This document shows positions 1 through 9,797 of a stretch of 22,750 bases of DNA, piece after piece. The notes under the pieces were generated by a model. That model searched no databases. It was not told where the DNA came from and saw nothing but the letters and a program-made list of their open reading frames with translations. The stretch comes from an uncultured archaeon (GTDB lineage: Archaea > Asgardarchaeota > Thorarchaeia > Thorarchaeales > CAZPUN01). The position numbers and the translations under genes were made by a program. The first letter of the stretch is position 1, and every line of letters starts with the position of its first letter. The stretch is taken from positions 1 to 22,750 of the forward strand of contig CAZPUN010000024.1 of NCBI GenBank assembly GCA_964589775.1, given 5' to 3'.

Positions 1-2
1 TT

Positions 3-404
3 GTAAAATATAATCTATTTATAATGTCTCTCGGCAAAGTCTCATATGGTGAGCTTAAGATATCTCCTTCCAAATTATATGATCGCGCGGGAAATGCATT
101 TGTTTATATTCGAGAAAATTCATCACGACAATTTACGATGAATATTATCCAAATAATTGAAACTATTGATATAATGGCAAAGAAAAAGGATAGCTACGAG
201 TTTCTTTCAAATTCCATCATTAAGCTCTTTCCATACTTAATAAAACTCAAGGATACAATTGAGCAATATATTACGACATATTCGAAAATCATGAATGTAC
301 CGAGACCTGACATGCAGTTGATCCAAGAAATTGGTAAAATTAATGTGGATGATCTGCTAGTTAATATTTTGGAAAATGCCATTTCTAACGACAATGAAAA
401 ATAA
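3..404 (+). CDS. Hypothetical protein, probably 5'-truncated by the window edge
   Basis: The frame of the 24..404 ORF is open back to position 3 (VKYNLFI-MSLGK...), so the true start is probably upstream. No family motif recognised. Confidence 0.65.
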   Translation, partial: VKYNLFIMSLGKVSYGELKISPSKLYDRAGNAFVYIRENSSRQFTMNIIQIIETIDIMAKKKDSYEFLSNSIIKLFPYLIKLKDTIEQYITTYSKIMNVPRPDMQLIQEIGKINVDDLLVNILENAISNDNEK

Positions 405-566
405 ATTGTTGCCATTTCCATTTATGGATCAATAGTTGATGAAGGTATTAGTGTAGCAAAAGCAGTACCTTTGAAAGATAGCATCTGACTATATTTAAAA
501 TGAATTAAATAGAAAACAATAAAAAGGAAATTGTATCTTTCAACTCTACAATTCAAATGAGGTTGT

Positions 567-1469
567 ATGATGAGTGAGCTCGAACTATTTGCATTAATAA
601 TCGGAATTTTTGGTGCATTTTTCTATGGAATTTCCGTTCTTGTCTACAAGCAAGAAGAACATAACGTAAGCTATCTCTGGATCGACGGAATAAAAATGTG
701 GGTCTCACTCATTATATTTACTCCATTCATATTATTATTTTCAATTGATAAAATACTCGCAATTCCAACAGAAAAGGTACTCTTGTTGATTCTTGCAATC
801 TTTTTCGGTGCAGTATCTGCCGATCTCTTATATCTCTACAGTATGCGATTCATTGGTGTGTCCCGTGCATTTCCTATAGCAATGACATTTCCATTTTTCA
901 CATACATCTTATCCATCTTATTTATGGGTGCTCAGATATTACTGTGGCGAACAGTGGGCTTAATCCTTGTAATTATAGGAATTACTTTACTCACGGAAAA
1001 AGAAGATGAAGAAAGTATAAATGAACGAAATCATGTCAAGGGTTATTTAGCTGCGATTTTCTCATCACTTTCAGGAGCAATTTCAGCTGTGATTTTTGAG
1101 TATACTTCGCAAGGTTTAGATATTTTTGCTGCAACTTATGTAGAGCTATTCGGAGGTTCCATCATACTCGTTATCTTTATTCTGATTGGAATTCATAAGC
1201 ATCCAAACTGGCATCCCAAGAATTTAAAACGCGAAAGTATATTTAAAGTAGTAGCTGCTGCATTCATTGGAATGACACTTGGCTATCTCTTCTATAATTA
1301 TTCAATTCAAATATTAGGTGCAACAATCGGAACTGCCATTGCAACTGGAGCTCCTCTCTTCACTACTCCAATTTCTGTCGCATTCCTAGGTGAGAAATTC
1401 ACAAGGCGGCTTGTTCCGGGAACAATAATTACGGTTGTGGGTGTATGGCTCGTTTTACTTGGCATTTAA
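567..1469 (+). CDS. EamA/DMT-family transporter (about 10 TM, two EamA repeats)
   Basis: 300 aa hydrophobic protein with a duplicated motif (LYLYSMRFIGVSRAFPI..TFPFFT..LS.LF.G and FYNYSIQILGATIGTAI..GAPLFT..IS..FLGEK). SD-like GAGG at 559-562. Confidence 0.9.
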   Translation: MMSELELFALIIGIFGAFFYGISVLVYKQEEHNVSYLWIDGIKMWVSLIIFTPFILLFSIDKILAIPTEKVLLLILAIFFGAVSADLLYLYSMRFIGVSRAFPIAMTFPFFTYILSILFMGAQILLWRTVGLILVIIGITLLTEKEDEESINERNHVKGYLAAIFSSLSGAISAVIFEYTSQGLDIFAATYVELFGGSIILVIFILIGIHKHPNWHPKNLKRESIFKVVAAAFIGMTLGYLFYNYSIQILGATIGTAIATGAPLFTTPISVAFLGEKFTRRLVPGTIITVVGVWLVLLGI

Positions 1470-1506
1470 ATATTTCTTCTTCTTATTTTTATAGATGTGA
1501 ATAAAA

Positions 1507-2943
1507 ATGTCTGACGATCAATCAAAGCTAGAATTATTTGATGTTGTGAGTTTAGTCATTGGTTCAATTATCGGTGCAGATATATATATTGCCTCTGCAT
1601 TCGGTGCTGACTTGCTAGGTCCTGCTTCCTTGCTAGTCTGGCTTGTAGCAGGTCTCGTAGCAATGACCATTGCAATTAATTTTAGCTATTGCGCTCTGAT
1701 TTCACCCGATGTGGGCGGGCCTTATGCATATGCTCGTGATGTAAAGGGTGATTTCTTTGGCTTTATCGTTGGGTGGAGCTTATTTCTCGCAGAATGGGCA
1801 TCAATAGCTGTATTTCCTGCGGCATTTACACAATACTTTATGTTTCTATTTCCAAACCTAACATGGTTGGATCAAGCAATACTGAAGGGAATCTTTATTC
1901 TAATAATAATGATTTCTAATTTAATCGGAGTAAAAGCAGCAGGTAAGGCAAACGATATTCTGACAATTGGAAAACTGGGTCCACTTTTAGTTTTTGTTGT
2001 CTTTGGTTTATTTTTCATATTTCTAAATCCTGCAACTCTGGGGAATCTCCAACCGTTTTTCCAAGGAAGTGTTCTCAATTTTGGTCAGGCACTGGTATTA
2101 ATATTCTGGGCATATGCAGGATTTGAAATATCTACAATACCTGCCGGTGAAATCGATAACCCACATCGAACAATTCCAAAAGCGATAATGATTGGCATGA
2201 GTGTAGTTATTCTATTCTATATGGTTAGTAATTTCGTAGTTCTTTCCGTTGTTCCCGAAAGTGTTTTACAAGCTTCTACCGCACCTCTTGATTCCGCTGC
2301 TCAAATAATATTTAATTATTCTCCAATGATTATGACATTCGGTGTATTCATGATCTGGGCGGGGGCACTAATTTCAATCACGGGATCAAATGAATCTGGA
2401 ATGATTGGCACATCGCGCCTTGCTTATGCATTATCTATTGATGGCCTATTTCCAAAGTTTTTCAGCAAAATCCATCCAAAATTTAAAACACCATATCTTA
2501 GCATAATCGGAATTTCTCTATCTGCTTACATCTTCAGCCTTATCGGCGGTATGTCGTTCCTAATTAATGCATCTGTATTCTTTATGACTTTTGTATATCT
2601 GATAACGTCCGCAATAGTCATACCTCTCTCAAATAAGAAACCGGAAATAAAGAAAAAACTCAAGGGGCGACGACTTATGCCGACTCTAGGCGTGATATTC
2701 TCATTGTACATATTGTCGCAAACAAGTATTGATTCTATTATATCTGCCATAATCTTGATATTAATCGGAATCCCCGTATATGTGTATTTCGCACCAAAAG
2801 AAGAACGCAAAGAGCTCAAAGAGGAATTTCTATCCAAATATGCTATACACAAGCGTGCAATCGAACATACAGAAGTATTTCTCGGACATTTCGTAAAAAC
2901 ACTTGTAAATTTGAGGAGAAATAAAAACAAAAAATTAGAATAA
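1507..2943 (+). CDS. APC-family amino acid permease
   Basis: TM1 motif IGSIIGADIY, GGPYAY, TM6 motif FWAYAGFE, EIDNP.RTIPKAI, SRLAYALSIDGLFPKFFSKIHPKFKTPY; about 12 TM. Confidence 0.93.
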   Translation: MSDDQSKLELFDVVSLVIGSIIGADIYIASAFGADLLGPASLLVWLVAGLVAMTIAINFSYCALISPDVGGPYAYARDVKGDFFGFIVGWSLFLAEWASIAVFPAAFTQYFMFLFPNLTWLDQAILKGIFILIIMISNLIGVKAAGKANDILTIGKLGPLLVFVVFGLFFIFLNPATLGNLQPFFQGSVLNFGQALVLIFWAYAGFEISTIPAGEIDNPHRTIPKAIMIGMSVVILFYMVSNFVVLSVVPESVLQASTAPLDSAAQIIFNYSPMIMTFGVFMIWAGALISITGSNESGMIGTSRLAYALSIDGLFPKFFSKIHPKFKTPYLSIIGISLSAYIFSLIGGMSFLINASVFFMTFVYLITSAIVIPLSNKKPEIKKKLKGRRLMPTLGVIFSLYILSQTSIDSIISAIILILIGIPVYVYFAPKEERKELKEEFLSKYAIHKRAIEHTEVFLGHFVKTLVNLRRNKNKKLE

Positions 2944-3301
2944 TGAGATCAATCAAAAATCGGAATAATCATTGAATCTAATATCATTTCTTTCTCCTTT
3001 TTTAATACAACTTTTTTTTGAAGATTGTTTGGTCTATTGTTAATTTATTGAGTATATTTCCTCGTTTTTTTAATTTTAAACAAGTCTCCAAATATTGCAT
3101 AGTACATTTTTATATTGCAAAGAACTTGAAAAGAAAAATGATTATATGATTTTGAAATTCTCATATATTTTTTATAATAAAAATTTATTTTTCTTCAAAA
3201 TCGGTAAAAAATGAATTGATTTTTATTGAAAAATGATTTTTTAATATATTATATAAAAAAATTTATATGTAAAAATCTTAATATAAAATCCAAAATCAAA
3301 A

Positions 3302-3324
3302 TTGAATAAGCGAGTTGAATAAGC
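3302..3324 (+). repeat. 10-bp direct repeat TTGAATAAGC x2 immediately before the TTG start of 3326..3805
   Basis: TTGAATAAGC at 3302-3311 and 3315-3324. Confidence 0.6.
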
Positions 3325-3325
3325 T

Positions 3326-3805
3326 TTGTCCATAATTTTTAAAATTGTAATTACTGGTCCCGGATTAAAAACAAGAATTGAAGATTTGAAAGCATATGCG
3401 AATTCCGAGTCATATTTGAATATTATTGCAACAGAAGTATTATACAAAAGGACAAAGGAAGATCAGATATTAATATGGTTATTAAAGGAAAGTAGTTCAG
3501 CCATAAAAGCATATTATAGGAATGCATTAGTTGTCGTGTATTTGGGCGAAAAAAGTTCTAAGAATAAAGATCATCTAAAAAACATAATATTTCCAGCTGT
3601 AAATGATAACGATGTTCCCTTCCTTTACATAATAAATGGTGAGGATATAAAAAACGATAAAGAACTATTTGATGGATTAAATGATAATACAAAAGTGACA
3701 TTTATGAATAATGCTGAATTTTGTTTTGTAGATACTATAATTTCCGAAGTTAAATCGGAGTATACTAATTCATTGAATCGCGAAAACGTAGCGATAATAA
3801 AATAA
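3326..3805 (+). CDS. Degenerate Ras/Rab-like small GTPase-fold protein (probable pseudo-GTPase)
   Basis: Collinear Rab-like elements FKIVITG, IATEV, QILIW, KAYYRNALVVVY and NDVPFLYIING, but no canonical GxxxxGK[ST], DxxG or NKxD. TTG start. Confidence 0.6.
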   Translation: MSIIFKIVITGPGLKTRIEDLKAYANSESYLNIIATEVLYKRTKEDQILIWLLKESSSAIKAYYRNALVVVYLGEKSSKNKDHLKNIIFPAVNDNDVPFLYIINGEDIKNDKELFDGLNDNTKVTFMNNAEFCFVDTIISEVKSEYTNSLNRENVAIIK

Positions 3806-3818
3806 AAAATAAGAGCGG

Positions 3819-6800
3819 TTATGCTCTCTTTCTTCTCACAAGCCCTTGAATTTTTGTTAAGAATTTAGCGAGTTTGCTTGATATATACGGAATGACTACA
3901 AGGAACAATACTGGCAATAATACAATCACTCCGATTGAGTAACTTCTTAGGAAGTCCATGGTTGAGACTGTGGTTCCGCCTAAGATCACGAGAAACATGA
4001 AGAATTTAATGCGTATTGAAGAGGATATTCGTCCAAGATAATTTATTCGCTCGTCGATTATGACTGCTTCTGGAGTACCCATGAGAACCATTTTATCGAG
4101 TCGCTTTATGACTTTAGAAATTTCTCTGTACACGTTGAAAACTACAAGTACAATCGATGAAATGTATGTGGCAAATATTGTAAGCATAATGCTTGGTATT
4201 TGTATTTCACCCAATGCGAATGTCTGGCTTAATACATAGACCTGGAACCATTCGATGTGGTTTCCCCATTCGAATATCTGCCATACAACGAGTGGCACAA
4301 ACACTAGATGCCATATTCCTAAAATCATACGGCGTTTACTGATTCTGTTATTTACTAGAATTGAACTATTAGCATCTCTGTACAACCATATTCCATACAA
4401 GAGTAATGAAGCTCCTAGCAGTAAGACACTTTCTACTACTGCCAGGGAATAATTCTGTGCCGCAGCCGTGACAAATGAATGAAGTAGCACGATAGCCGAA
4501 ACGCTCAAGATAAATCCATAGAGAATATCGAGCTTTTTGATTCCTTTCTTCAATGTTTCAATTGTTTTGCCTTCAACAGAGAAGGATCTTGTGAGCTTGA
4601 AGTAAATAATCATGCCTATGAATGAAATCATAAAGGAAATGCCAGTACCTAATGTAAATGTCTGTGTCGACATAGTAATTTTGGGTGGTGGTACTTGAAC
4701 TTGAATGGTCTTTTGGGTGGATGCCGAAATATACAAGTTTCCAGATGCATAGACCTTTATTTCATACTCGCCGTGAGGTATTTGTGTAATGGGGACTGAT
4801 GCAATATAAACTCCAGTATCTTTTTCAACTGCTGTATAGTTTTGATTGTTGAAAGATACTGTAATATTTGCACCTTGTACTGGATGTCCAAATATATCTG
4901 AAGCTCTAACAGTTACATTAAGAATGCTGCCTTGTTCAGGAGTATCTGTAGATAACGATATGTCAAATTGAAAGACACCTATGACTTTTATTTGCCCGAC
5001 TAGTTCCGTGTTTGTTAGAAATCTTTGTTCAATTTTTATTGTGTATGTATAATCCCCTGAAGCCCAGCCAGATGTTGATACACTAGTTCTGTAAGTGCCA
5101 TTGCCAATAGAATTTAGCAGATAGACATTATCATGAATGTATAATTTAAGTGATGCAGAAGAAATTAGATGACCAAGACTATCTGTCAAGTTAATTTCAA
5201 ATTGAACTATATCCCCTTGTGTAATACTTTGATTTAGAACTGGCGAAATAATTAATGCCACAGGAGTACTCATTACTTTTACCATGACGCTTGTATTTAT
5301 GTCATTGAAATATGAGCCGTTAATATAAATGTGCATAGGAATTGTTCCCGGTGGTGCATCTATATAGAATGAAACATTTAGTTCGTAATCATCTACTACT
5401 GTTCCCGAGATATTGTAATTTATGAAACTTATTGAATAATTGAAATTATAAATCGGATTTCCATATATATCTCGCAATACGATAGTAAATGTTGAGTTTT
5501 TACCATTTTGAATCTCAGAGGGCATTTCTACCTTTACAACCGCATTTCCATAGATGATTATGTTCTTTTGCAATCTCGTCGGAATTAAATTATCGTGAGT
5601 AATTGAGATTATCAATGTGTAATTTCCTGGAGCATAGCCTACAGCTGAAAAATCGACAACGTATGTGCCGTTTCCAAGATCTGCAAAGATATAACTTGCG
5701 GGGCTCAAGGTTGATATTGTCGCACCTGATACTGATTTATTTGTCCAATCTTGTAATTGTATTCTTAGAGTTGTTATATTATTTTGACTTATCTGCCAAC
5801 CCAGTGAAGATTCAAGAACTGCATTTGGTATTGAATAAATGTCTATTGTTTCATTTAAGATCTTTGTGTGCCCAAATTCAGAGCCTACGTAAATTAAGAA
5901 GTATCTCGTTCCTATTGAATAGTTTGCAGGTACATTTGCAATGAATTGTGTTGTAGAAACGTTAGTAGCCGTATAATTAACACCATTTATGTTTATGATA
6001 ACCCACGGATTATCAAGCGGGGTATCATAAAAATCACTTACGTAAATTGATACATTGAAATTAGTTCCGCCCTCTGCCTTCTCAGGATATTGAATACTTG
6101 TACTGATATCGCCTGTAATTGACAAATAGAAGTTTCCAAAGGTGGTTGGATTTACAAAGTCATGTTCAACATGTATCTCACAAGTGTGATTTCCTAGAGG
6201 TATATCTGCAGACATACTTAATTGGTAATATCCGGGTGCAATTTTATTAAAATAGTAGTCATTTCCATCAATCGTTATGTAGACCGTTGCATTGTCTATG
6301 AAGTGTCCATAAGGATCAGTAATATTTAATGTTATTTGGAACTGCTCGAATTGTTCTACGCTATTTGGTGATGTTCGATTTATGTTTAGGCTGGTTGCAA
6401 ACACATCAAAATAGTCTGAATAATTAACTTGTTTTATTGCATAATTGTGATCTGCAAAAATTGTAAATGAATGCTCTCCAGGATTTAGAGTTATGTTTGG
6501 TGTAATAATATCATATGTATGCCCGGTGAATACTGCATAATAAATTGTTCCTTCAAGGTTCAATGATACGTTTGCGTTAGTAACCTGTTTTCCTAAATTA
6601 TCCGTAATAGTTACATTAGCCTGGAAGGCATCACCTTGCTTCACGCTTTCTGAAGCGAATACTGTCAGGTATAGATTACTTCGAACAGTAATTGCGTCTT
6701 CGATGAATCTATAGTAATCTGTATAATATGTATCTTCTACATTAATTGTTAGATTGACTTTACCCATTGGCCAGTTGGACGCAATTGCTCCTTCGTACAA

Positions 6801-9731
6801 TCCGGATGTCGCATTATATACTAATCCATACGTTTGAGTTCCGCCTTCATAATGTGCCGTAATTGTAACTCTTGCAGTTGTTACATCTTCAATATATACA
6901 TTCATTACATCTGCTGAAATCGATATCGGATTTCCTTGTTCTACATCTGTCTCGGATATATTTATTGTTACGTTTAATAGATATAATGAATCAATGTCTC
7001 GAACCATACCGCAAGTATATTTCAAATTACCTACAATTGGATACGCGAAGAAATCTACTCCCCTAGATATATCTGCGTGTCCTATGATTACGCCATCATA
7101 AATGTTTGCAACTTTATATTTGTATTCCATATATCCGGAGAAATTAAGCATGTGGACATTGCTATCTGAAGATGAGAAAACGATCTCAGATATATTATCT
7201 CCATCAAAATCAAAAATGTCTACAAATTGTAATTCTCCTGTGTATGCTGTAATACTCCAATTCTCTATCAGGTAATTTTTCATAGTCATGAGTGTTACAT
7301 TTCGAACTGTGTCAAATACTATTATTTCATCAATGCCGTCATTATTTGTATCATATGTTAGTACACGTTTTGCATATCCTCCGTATTTTATTCCATATTC
7401 CTCTCCTATATACGTGGATTCTGAATCTATCCAGCATAGATATGTACGATATCCATTGTTGTATCCACTATAATATGCCAATAGATCTTCTGTTGCCTTT
7501 GAGGAATTATGAAATACAGTTAATCCGAGCGCAGTATCGCCTTCAGTTAGTTCTGGAGATGAATAATTGTATGCTTTTGCTAATGTTAAATTATCAAAAT
7601 ACACCTGAATCGTATTATTTAATCGTAGTGCTGCTATTTGGCGGTCGGAACCAAATAGATTTACATCCTGAAGATCAACGACATAATTTGTTGAATTTAC
7701 TATGTTTACACTTGTATATGTAAAATCATGATTAACTCTAACAAGCAAATAATTATCTAAAATATCTTCGCCCACAATATAAATTTCATCATAACCATCA
7801 TTGTTAGTGTCTGCTATCGCAACGGGAAAGTTGTCTATGTATGTAGTATCAATCGGAATTGACAAATTATTGATCGATGTGGCATTATTACCATGAAACG
7901 CAAACAATATAACGCGATCTGGGAGTCTATCGAAAATAACGAAATCTTGCATATCATCTCCGTCAAGCCATGCTGAATATAATGCGACTCTTAGGTCTGT
8001 GGAATTTACTACATCCTTATTATATAGAACGCTTCCAGCATTGTTAAAGATCATAAAACCAACTGTATTATTTACGGATATATCCTTAGCAAATAGAGTT
8101 ATTGGTATTCTCTCATTTGATGTTTTGTTGATTAATCGGTCTACAATGTGTCTGCGTGTAATATCTGTTTCAGTAGGTGTATTATAGGTCCATGAAAAGT
8201 GTCCTGAAACGCTAAAATGCAAAGGCGATGTCGAATTTCCATATGTTTGTATGTTTAAGTACGCATCTTTAACTTCATAATAAAAATCATAATCTGCAGG
8301 TTCTAATCCCGTAAGAAATAGAATAAAGCCATCATTTGAACCAAATGTCATGTCGTATTTTTCGAAACTAGATGCCGAACTTTCTTTTATGTATAATACA
8401 GCTGATGATATGCGTGAGTTATCTGTACTTGTAATTTCAAATTTCACATATAGGTCATTAATTGTAGGATGCTCTGGATATATTGGTTTTGGATCAATAT
8501 TCGGTCTTTCAGTATCGCTTATTACAATTCTAATATCGCTTTGATCGTTTAATGTAATGATATCTTCTCTGCCATCATTATTCATATCGTATGTTGAAAT
8601 TTGAACAAACGGACCTACATCTTGAGGCTCTTCATACCCTAAATCTCCATTTTCACCACGATAGAATGCTGCCTGTATGTTCGGGCTTTGAATTGCAACG
8701 TCTGTCTTGTCATCTGCATCAATTAATGCCATACTAAATGACTTTTGACCATTGGCTAATATTGCTTCTTTTGATGAATTAAATAAATAAAATCCATTTG
8801 TTCCGTTAAAGAATAAAATGGGCCCTACGTTTTCAGGAATTATTATAAAATCCGTTTGATTATCCTCTGTAAAATTCCCAATTCCTATCAGATTTATGCT
8901 TCCAACTCCTTGAAATGATTGCGAATATATTAAACTCAAATCAGTACCATTATATAATTCAATTTTATTCTGAGCTGTAATTATAATATCATAATATGGA
9001 TCTGGTCCATATCTTATTTTCGATATGTCATATGGCGTATAGGTATTCACTTTACTATATAGAATTACGCCTGACTCATTTACTACATTTATGGATGCTG
9101 TATTCGTATATATTGCAATTTCATCACCAGTGTCTGTAGGATTAAAATCTGCTGCAACGCATCGTACTATCGTACCTGTAATAAGCGTATTCTCTCCCAA
9201 AGTAGCATTGTTGTGTACATCAATTATCTGTATGTAGGTGTCATTATATACTGCGATGTCTTCAAAGCCATCACCGTTAAAATCTCCTGATATGATCTCT
9301 TTTGCGTTATCTGTAATTAATGAAACTCTGGACGGAGTTGCAACATCAAAGTCTATTATTGTAACATTAAGCGTCGGTGTTGTTGTTACTAATAGAAATT
9401 CTGTCCGGCTATCGTTATCTATATCTATGCCTGTTAATGTATTCTCTATAAAATCTCCACCTATATTCATAGACGTAATAAACCCAGTGATCAAATCTCT
9501 AAAGTACAACCTGCCATCAACAATATACGCAAAGCCTCTATAAGCTCCAACTAATCCCGTTTCAAATCTATTAATTTTTTCGGGAACATGATAAAAATAA
9601 ATATCTGTCGCAGGTTGTTGGTCTTTTGAATATATATTGTTATGTTCAATTCCATTTGAAATCATTGTACTATTATTTGAACTTACATATATTAATAATA
9701 TTATAAGGCAGATTAGTAATACTTTTTTCAC
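3819..9731 (-). CDS. Giant cell-surface glycoprotein: signal peptide, two FG-GAP/VCBS beta-propeller regions, eight Ig-like repeats, C-terminal 7-TM domain
   Basis: 1970-aa ORF with GTG start and GGGGA SD upstream. N-terminus MKKVLLICLIILLIYVS; many D-x-[DN]-x-D-G-x-x-[DE] motifs; many N-x-S/T sequons; seven hydrophobic helices in the last ~285 aa. Confidence 0.88.
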   Translation of the reverse strand: MKKVLLICLIILLIYVSSNNSTMISNGIEHNNIYSKDQQPATDIYFYHVPEKINRFETGLVGAYRGFAYIVDGRLYFRDLITGFITSMNIGGDFIENTLTGIDIDNDSRTEFLLVTTTPTLNVTIIDFDVATPSRVSLITDNAKEIISGDFNGDGFEDIAVYNDTYIQIIDVHNNATLGENTLITGTIVRCVAADFNPTDTGDEIAIYTNTASINVVNESGVILYSKVNTYTPYDISKIRYGPDPYYDIIITAQNKIELYNGTDLSLIYSQSFQGVGSINLIGIGNFTEDNQTDFIIIPENVGPILFFNGTNGFYLFNSSKEAILANGQKSFSMALIDADDKTDVAIQSPNIQAAFYRGENGDLGYEEPQDVGPFVQISTYDMNNDGREDIITLNDQSDIRIVISDTERPNIDPKPIYPEHPTINDLYVKFEITSTDNSRISSAVLYIKESSASSFEKYDMTFGSNDGFILFLTGLEPADYDFYYEVKDAYLNIQTYGNSTSPLHFSVSGHFSWTYNTPTETDITRRHIVDRLINKTSNERIPITLFAKDISVNNTVGFMIFNNAGSVLYNKDVVNSTDLRVALYSAWLDGDDMQDFVIFDRLPDRVILFAFHGNNATSINNLSIPIDTTYIDNFPVAIADTNNDGYDEIYIVGEDILDNYLLVRVNHDFTYTSVNIVNSTNYVVDLQDVNLFGSDRQIAALRLNNTIQVYFDNLTLAKAYNYSSPELTEGDTALGLTVFHNSSKATEDLLAYYSGYNNGYRTYLCWIDSESTYIGEEYGIKYGGYAKRVLTYDTNNDGIDEIIVFDTVRNVTLMTMKNYLIENWSITAYTGELQFVDIFDFDGDNISEIVFSSSDSNVHMLNFSGYMEYKYKVANIYDGVIIGHADISRGVDFFAYPIVGNLKYTCGMVRDIDSLYLLNVTINISETDVEQGNPISISADVMNVYIEDVTTARVTITAHYEGGTQTYGLVYNATSGLYEGAIASNWPMGKVNLTINVEDTYYTDYYRFIEDAITVRSNLYLTVFASESVKQGDAFQANVTITDNLGKQVTNANVSLNLEGTIYYAVFTGHTYDIITPNITLNPGEHSFTIFADHNYAIKQVNYSDYFDVFATSLNINRTSPNSVEQFEQFQITLNITDPYGHFIDNATVYITIDGNDYYFNKIAPGYYQLSMSADIPLGNHTCEIHVEHDFVNPTTFGNFYLSITGDISTSIQYPEKAEGGTNFNVSIYVSDFYDTPLDNPWVIININGVNYTATNVSTTQFIANVPANYSIGTRYFLIYVGSEFGHTKILNETIDIYSIPNAVLESSLGWQISQNNITTLRIQLQDWTNKSVSGATISTLSPASYIFADLGNGTYVVDFSAVGYAPGNYTLIISITHDNLIPTRLQKNIIIYGNAVVKVEMPSEIQNGKNSTFTIVLRDIYGNPIYNFNYSISFINYNISGTVVDDYELNVSFYIDAPPGTIPMHIYINGSYFNDINTSVMVKVMSTPVALIISPVLNQSITQGDIVQFEINLTDSLGHLISSASLKLYIHDNVYLLNSIGNGTYRTSVSTSGWASGDYTYTIKIEQRFLTNTELVGQIKVIGVFQFDISLSTDTPEQGSILNVTVRASDIFGHPVQGANITVSFNNQNYTAVEKDTGVYIASVPITQIPHGEYEIKVYASGNLYISASTQKTIQVQVPPPKITMSTQTFTLGTGISFMISFIGMIIYFKLTRSFSVEGKTIETLKKGIKKLDILYGFILSVSAIVLLHSFVTAAAQNYSLAVVESVLLLGASLLLYGIWLYRDANSSILVNNRISKRRMILGIWHLVFVPLVVWQIFEWGNHIEWFQVYVLSQTFALGEIQIPSIMLTIFATYISSIVLVVFNVYREISKVIKRLDKMVLMGTPEAVIIDERINYLGRISSSIRIKFFMFLVILGGTTVSTMDFLRSYSIGVIVLLPVLFLVVIPYISSKLAKFLTKIQGLVRRKRA
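4690..6985 (-). repeat. Eight tandem ~95-aa Ig-like stalk repeats
   Basis: Repeat openings VEQGNP, VKQGDA, VEQFEQ, AEGGTN, ISQNNI, IQNGKN, ITQGDI, PEQGSI, mostly followed by D-x-x-G-x-x-[IV]-x-x-A-x-[VI] and later G-x-Y motifs. Confidence 0.7.
7050..8190 (-). repeat. Second, more degenerate FG-GAP-like propeller
   Basis: WLDGDDMQD, DTNNDGYDE, NLFGSDRQ, HNSSKATED, DTNNDGIDE, DFDGDNISE, HADISRGVD. Boundaries approximate. Confidence 0.65.
8550..9440 (-). repeat. First FG-GAP-like propeller: seven Ca-binding-type blade motifs
   Basis: DIDNDSRTE, DFNGDGFED, DFNPTDTGDE, RYGPDPYYD, NFTEDNQTD, LIDADDKTD, DMNNDGRED at roughly 45-50 aa spacing. Boundaries approximate. Confidence 0.75.
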
Positions 9732-9797
9732 TTTGTAGTCCCCATATCTTTTTAATATAATAATTTTATTTTTACGTATATAATATTTTTTTGTATT

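Noticed and set aside
2944-3325. Long AT-rich intergenic region as an ncRNA or origin
   Set aside because: No GC-rich stems, no ORB-like repeats and no adjacent cdc6/orc1 gene.
4370-4385. YRD at the end of TM3 as a GPCR DRY motif
   Set aside because: The order is reversed and a tripeptide match is uninformative; no GPS autoproteolysis motif was evident before TM1 either.
4255-9543. Multiple short + strand ORFs inside the giant gene
   Set aside because: Antisense shadows of a long, motif-rich coding frame; no recognisable features.
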